DNA of 60,010 nucleotides, counting the filler, from Dugesia japonica (taxonomy: Eukaryota): assembly GCA_001938525.1 (NCBI GenBank). It is 5 parts of 5 records of this genome, joined end to end, with 100 filler letters (N's around TTAATTAATTAA, not from the genome) between each part and the next. Parts side by side here need not be neighbours in the genome. Positions count along the whole stretch, not along the records: positions 48,310 to 60,010 come from MQRL01498099.1; 4 more parts are not named here. One strand, given 5' to 3'. The translations under genes and the position numbers were made by a program. Below the pieces are notes generated by a model. It was not told the DNA's origin. It did no database searches and was given only the letters and a program-made list of their open reading frames with translations. This document shows positions 53,790 to 60,010 of the stretch, in pieces (positions within the stretch are counted from its first letter, which is position 1; each line of letters starts with the position of its first letter).

Positions 53790-55780
53790 TAGTGATGGGG
53801 TTCCACCTGAGTTGATGATAAAACAGAAAAACTGGCCGGGGAAAAACGGCCATCAGTGTATCCCATTCAAGAATTAAATCTAACGCCCTTAGGTTAGATC
53901 TTCAGTGCAGAGCGGTTGACCTCCAACTTGATGTGAGGTTCACACTCCTACAACTTTAATTCGGGTTCTTTATTTTCACTGTTATACTGTATTCAACATC
54001 AATTAACAAATCGTTAATTAAATTATATTTTAATACAGACTACATGAGATCCATAGCACCCGGGTCTAAAAACTGGGTGGGATCATCCTCTAAGAAATTA
54101 AATGATGCCTAATCGTCCTGGTCATTCCATGGTATCCAGTACGCATTACCCAACTGACGGGATAAANNNNNNNNNNNNNNNNNNNNNNNNNNTATTTTAT
54201 TCTGCAGAAGTTGCTTTGTCTGCTCAGCTAGATCTCCCTGTTTCTTAACTATGAGATCTAGTCTTTTTATGAGTCTATTCCGTTGTGCTAGATGTTTGAC
54301 GATGGCGCGTTCGGTTTGTCTTTTGAGGTGACGTTCGAGTAGCAACTTGGTTATTAATCGGTGATATCGGTGTAGACTCGTCGGATATCTAATTCGTGGC
54401 ACTAAATAAGATATTATTAAATAATTTATTCTCGTAACATATATTAAGATTAACTGAGTGAATAATCCAGACCAAAGAATTTAACTATACCAAAGGAATC
54501 CTTTATTTACAAAAACTATAAACATTAAGGACGTGGTGTCTGAATACCCTTGTCGACCATTAAAGGTTTAAGAGGCATTGTAGTTTTTAAACGCAGAATG
54601 TCCTGAACCAATTTATTCTCACAGTCTTGGTATGACTGGATAATCTCGGTGAAGGACTCTATTTGAGTCTTCTATACTCGCTCCTGATTATGGGATGCTT
54701 CGGCTTTAGATTTGAAAGCCATGCATTTCTTTTTATAGCGCCTCACCTTACTATTGGCTTTTGAGATTTGGGCTTCCCAGCGACGCTTAACAAGTTTATA
54801 CACGTCCCAGGTCATATCCAAATCTTCACTGGACTCCATGATTCTTTTAGTTGGGAAAGCCGGGCGATTCAAAGAGGAATGCACTAGAATATGGACCATT
54901 AAACCAAATTAATAAAACTCTAAATAAAGAATAGGTGAAATGAATAAACTACCCGCGTCTGGTGTTACTCATTGAGCATAATCATTACATACATTTATTC
55001 TTTTAACGAGTAAACAAACTAACAACAAGAAGGAGATTTTATTACAAGCCTTGATAACAACTATATATTTTATTATAATGAAACTATAAACAATATGGAC
55101 CACTATTGGTTAGTTGTCGTGTCAATTATGTTTTCAGAGTCCTCAGCACCGGAGGATTCCCTAACATCCTAGAGCAAATTGATGATGAACACCTGCACCG
55201 CTGGGGGTGGGGCTGGAGGTTGATTTTGGAAGGAAGTTACATGGCTCCAAACCAGCCCCGTTCACTTTTAGTAGCTTTGCCGCTCCCCAAAGTCCTGTAT
55301 TCGGGCTACCATGGTCTCTACTGGGGGTAGGTTGGACTGGTCGGATAGAATACCCACGTCTCGATTATGCGGGTTCCTATGTCGTCGGAAAACGATACGA
55401 CGAGTTTGACGGTCGATAATCCTCTCCCAGATAGATTCCATTCTACAGATAATGAATAAAGAAAAGTGATTTAATTTAATACATTACTAAAAGTAAAACA
55501 GATAAAAATTGTCACCCTCCAAAACTACACAGCTATTCATACAAATTTTTATTTTAAATAGTCAATAACATGATAGGGGTTCCTAACGGGATTTCTATTC
55601 AGCATTCAGTATTCGTCAGGGGAAACATTTCGACAAAACATGCTAAATCCGTTTCGTCGGGGTGTTCTACCACACCTCGTGATAGTATGTGGGCCAGTAA
55701 CTGCCTCAATCGAGAGCTCCTGCGTTGTTTCCTGACCAAACGTAGAGTATTTCTCAGTGCTGTTAACATTAACTAAAATT
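53790..55780 (-). other. GC-richer cassette of four small co-oriented ORFs of unknown function
   Basis: ORFs at ~55555-55770, ~55130-55443, ~54525-54870 and 54109-54402, separated by AT-rich spacers. Confidence 0.45.
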
Positions 55781-58513
55781 GATTTAAAATAGACAATGTT
55801 GATTTATTCACCGTGTGGTCGGTTAATTGATTATCTAATTTTGTTATCATAGCATTTATTAATGATAAACCAAATATTGAAGTTTACAAAATGTTAATAA
55901 AACCAAACATAACCATAATAATGTTAGAACGCCGATGATATCATTAATAAACAATGTTAGAAGAATGAGTATAATAGTGATAATAATAATAGTTAATAAT
56001 AATAATGGTAATAATAATAATAAAAATAACGACAATAATTCCATTAGTGCAAAATTAGTTATATTCATGCTAATGCCAGATAACTAAATAGCAAATGGTA
56101 ACACCGATAATGATGAATTTTAGAATATTACGTTAGCAACAGCAATATTACTGATGAATATAACGATGTTAACGCTTTTAATCTCCATAAAGTGGATAAT
56201 AATATTAGAGACGGTAATTTACTCGGCGTCGAGCTCATATTTATTAAATACTAAGAAAAAAATATTTACTGGCAACATTGTTGGATTTGTAGGACCGTGA
56301 ACATTCAGTATTAACAGATGTGATAAATGAGTCATGATTAATTTTTCTCTTCCAGTTAATTTCGTGTGGTTATTTAGACAAGTATCCATGCAATAAATTC
56401 TAACAACTTATTCACTGTCTCGCCGTAGATTTGTTGTTCATGATAAATTAATACAGCATTTCTCCAAAAATTGGAATTTTCTTGTTTTGTGTTTAACAAG
56501 TTCAACCATTTCTTGATTTTAATTATGAACATCTTTTGAACACTGGAGTTATTTACTTGGATCTCAATTACAATTGACTTGGAGATATTTTTATCTGGCT
56601 AAATTGGGTAACATTTTTATCAAATAAAAGTTGCTTAAATCTTATTTATTTCTATAATACTTTTTTAACGGTTATTGACCTGAATTAATCATAAGTGGAT
56701 TTAGTGTACCAGAAAATTTATTCTTGAATTAAAAGTTTCATTAACATGATATAAATATAACCGAAAATATATTTTCTTTTTTAATCAAAAATTTCACTAA
56801 CATGATATAAATCCAACTGAAAATTTACTTTTATATCGATCTTCAGATTTCTGCAACGGGTAGTCACACTGATATATTTTCTTTTTTTGTGTTGGAGTGC
56901 CGAACGGACAAATAAGTCGTTTCAGATTCTTCCTTTAAAAAATAAGTAATTTAATCTTATCTGTAAAAGGCACTACTTTTGACTGCCTCCTTTTACTACT
57001 AGAGTAGAATACTAGTTTTCACTTCTATAACTTCACGAATAATACTTTGAATCGGTTAAGTCTTAAATAATTTCCTTTTACTGTTGAATTCCTAATTCGA
57101 ACCCGTAGATGGTTAATTCACAAATATTAGAATTTTTCTTTTTTTGGTTGTTTTTTCGATTAAATTCAGTGGGTTTATATACACTTTTTAGCTACAACCT
57201 GACTTAGCCTTCATTGGCTTTCTATTTTTGTTTTGACTTTCTTGATTCTGATTGGGGTTTTGTCTAAAACTTCAAAATTTTCAACAATTTTCTGCTATAT
57301 TATTGGTGCCTATTTTTAGAGCACCTTGTGATTTTCAGGGTGATTTTCTCTTTGATAATTAATTGTTATATAAATATAATTTTCTTAATTTTTATTATTC
57401 GCCTCATAATTTCCTTTGATTATTATTGATGTTGCGATTTCACTTTATTCACCCCTGTCTTTTGGATCCATTTTTACTTGTATGTTCCTCCTTTTTTACT
57501 GATTATTTACACTATAACCACATCTGATTTCGATTGTTTCACCTTTCCAATACTTTGATAATCACTCTACTGTCCTCCTTTACTGGTTTGAATTTTGGGT
57601 CTTCTTTTTGTCACTAACTGGGTGTTTTATCCCAACAGTAGTTAAGATTAAAAACTTGTTTAAGAAATCAAAATACATCAAACTTGGAGCACAAGTTGAC
57701 GTACAAACGATCATCATACGTCAACTAGAAGTATATAAACCAATAATAACAAAAAGTTACTATTTTGTTTTTTGAGTAACAGTTTCATTAAAATGACGCT
57801 TTATGAAAATTTCTCGGGAAGTAAGGAAGCAATCATGAGAAAATTTGGAGGAGCTCAAGAGTTAGGTAACAGCTTCAAAATTTAGCAGCGAGTTATTAAA
57901 TTAGCATAATGGATAAGAAAGTTGTGAGATGATGAAGAAATATCGAAGCCAGAATGCAAATGCTGGAGAACACTCAATCAGAATTTGAAAGTAAAAAAAC
58001 TGAGAGGTAAGACAACGCGAGCCGGAACATGTTACCACGAATTTTTTTCTCAACATATAATCGGAAGAAGAACTTTCCTTGGTTCTCCGTTTTGTGTACG
58101 CACGAAATAGATCTTCAAACTCTTAAAAGTTCTATAGTTATTGGAACACAATTCTAAATTACAATTCTAAAACTCGATTGCTAAAACCCCTTTTAGGAAT
58201 TCAATCTTAGAAGTTAAGTTTTAAGCACAGTTGAAAATAAAAAGGTTACCCCTACCAGAAATATTTATTGAAATGATTAGTATTTTAAGAAATGTTTTTA
58301 GTAGTTTTTAATTTGCGAATTTTAGAAACAATGTTTCATAAAATTAGGCTTGAAATAATTTACTTTTCTTATTCTTAATTAACTTCGTCTAGTGTAATTT
58401 AATTACATTAAATTTAGCAAAAATAGTTATTTGACAAAATTTAACTGAGAAATCTTGAATTTCTGATTGTTTTATTGAATCAAATAACTTTTACTAATTT
58501 TTTAACTTTTAAA

Positions 58514-59175
58514 ATGTATACAGATGAAAATTATGAAAATTTTGATGAATATTGTCAAAAGTTATCAAAGTGGGTTAACGAACAAAAAAGTACTATGTAT
58601 AGTTATTATTTATCATCAAATTTAATGATGCTAAATTGCTTATATTCAAATCAAAATAAATCTAAACCAGAAACAACTAATATCCCTCCCGTGGCTACAC
58701 AGAATAATGTAACCACACCCGTGGAAACGAATAATGACGCTGATATGCCTATACAAGGTAACAGTTTAATGAAATAATTATATTAAAATGTACAGGACAA
58801 AGATATACTCTCCCTCATCCTATTAGGCGTATGATTGCGGAATTAATTGATTACTTATTATTAATGCTTATTAAAATTTGCATTATTTTTATTATACAGG
58901 GAAATATGTCACTTAGGTAATGGTGCATTATAAATTTTAGTTTTATATTATTATTTAGTGAGATTGCAGAGAATATTGACATAGACTTTCGATATATTAT
59001 AAATAAACACAAACTTGGATTTAATGATGAAATGAAAACAGAAAACACCGAAATTCTATCTAGTGCTAGGACTGATGGTGAAAGTCCGAAGCCTTTAGTT
59101 AATCCTTTCGAAATTATAACCATGGAGATTGTATACGCTGAAATTCTTAATCGTATTATTATAACATTTTACGAG
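58514..59175 (+). CDS. FAM8A1: FAM8A1-like RDD-domain membrane protein, exons 1-3 (58514-58757, 58796-58916, 58959-59175); gene continues
   Basis: GT-AG introns of 38 and 42 nt keep the frame; YCQKLSKWV, YTLPHPIRRMIAELIDYLLLMLIK and ILNRIIITFYE resemble FAM8A1. Confidence 0.82.
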
Positions 59176-60010
59176 GTAAACTTATAATTCTAGAAACTTA
59201 ATTTAAAGTAATATTAATGATAATTTTTGATAAAAAAATTATTCTATAAATTTTAATTATGTTAATCAGAATAATAATAAATAATAAATTAATTCTCTAT
59301 TATATTAAATATTTTAAATAATTACCGTTCGGAAAAAATTAAAATTTCAATAAATTTGTCAGTTAAATATAAAACAGGTTAGAATTAACTGAAAGATAAA
59401 GAGAGTAAAAATAATCTTAAAGAGAAGGAAAAAAACGCTTAAAGATGATTTTTTCAGTCCAATTTTATGGAATTCGAAAATTTCACATCTAAAATTTTCT
59501 AATTAAAGAAAAATTCCGCTACCGAGAACAAAAATCGCTGGTTCCGCCGATGTTCTCTTATTGTTTAATGTATTGATTCGTTGAAAATAAAATTACATAT
59601 TTTACAGTTGATACGAAATAAATCCCATCCATAACGCGCGCGTTAAACATTTTAGTAAATAGTGGATTCGCGTTATCCTCGGGGATTGCGTTACACAAAC
59701 AATTGGTCACCGTCCGTGAATCAGTGATTGTCAAATTTTACTGCGATATTTCTCGTCTATATTTTGATCCACTTACTTGACTATCAGAGTTGCCAGATTT
59801 CGAATTAGGCGTTGCGGGACCAGAAAGAAAAAATTCACGATAACTTTTCTCAGGAAAGTTTTACAATTCCTGCTTTTATATATCGTTTTTAATGGAGGCG
59901 GAGTATTATGAGACACTTGGTAAACACTAAGATTTCAAATTCCTCGATTATTTCGATAGGATTCCGGCAAATGTCTAATACTTCTCGTGACCGTTATTGT
60001 GTAATTCATC

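Noticed and set aside
57691-57725. 10-bp inverted repeat AGTTGACGTA..TACGTCAACT (also TGCCACAAAA..TTTTGTGGCA at ~38151-38190)
   Set aside because: Isolated hairpins with no supporting context
59500-60010. CpG-richer segment with TATA-like box on the minus strand
   Set aside because: Probably an intronic repeat or LTR truncated by the window edge; cannot be classified

Overview
AT-rich animal genomic scaffold with N-gaps, (AAT)n microsatellites and ~40-45-nt introns; a triclad planarian origin is my inference, not proven. Most of the window is decayed mobile DNA: several Gypsy LTR fragments, a full-length DD41D (rosa-type) Tc1/mariner element nested in a Gypsy integrase, and hAT, mariner, MULE, Helitron and Penelope-like remnants, the last with minimal hammerhead ribozyme motifs. 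Host genes are a TMEM26-like terminal exon, the first three exons of a FAM8A1-like gene and a possible divergent Bcl-2-fold gene. The centrepiece is a degenerate Maverick/Polinton (adintovirus-like) endogenous virus at ~27.3-34.5 kb. On the minus strand it carries packaging ATPase, a pVI-like ORF, integrase, penton, core protein, major capsid protein (MCP), adenain-like protease and DEDD exonuclease. Divergently it carries an intronless minimal TATA-binding-protein-like gene and an intact unknown ORF. A ubiquitin-RPL40 cDNA fragment is inserted antisense into its MCP. Other highlights are a ubiquitin-like domain downstream of an LTR-retrotransposon gag and an array of small co-oriented ORFs, each preceded by a splice acceptor. 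All calls come from manual reading and translation; no searches were run.
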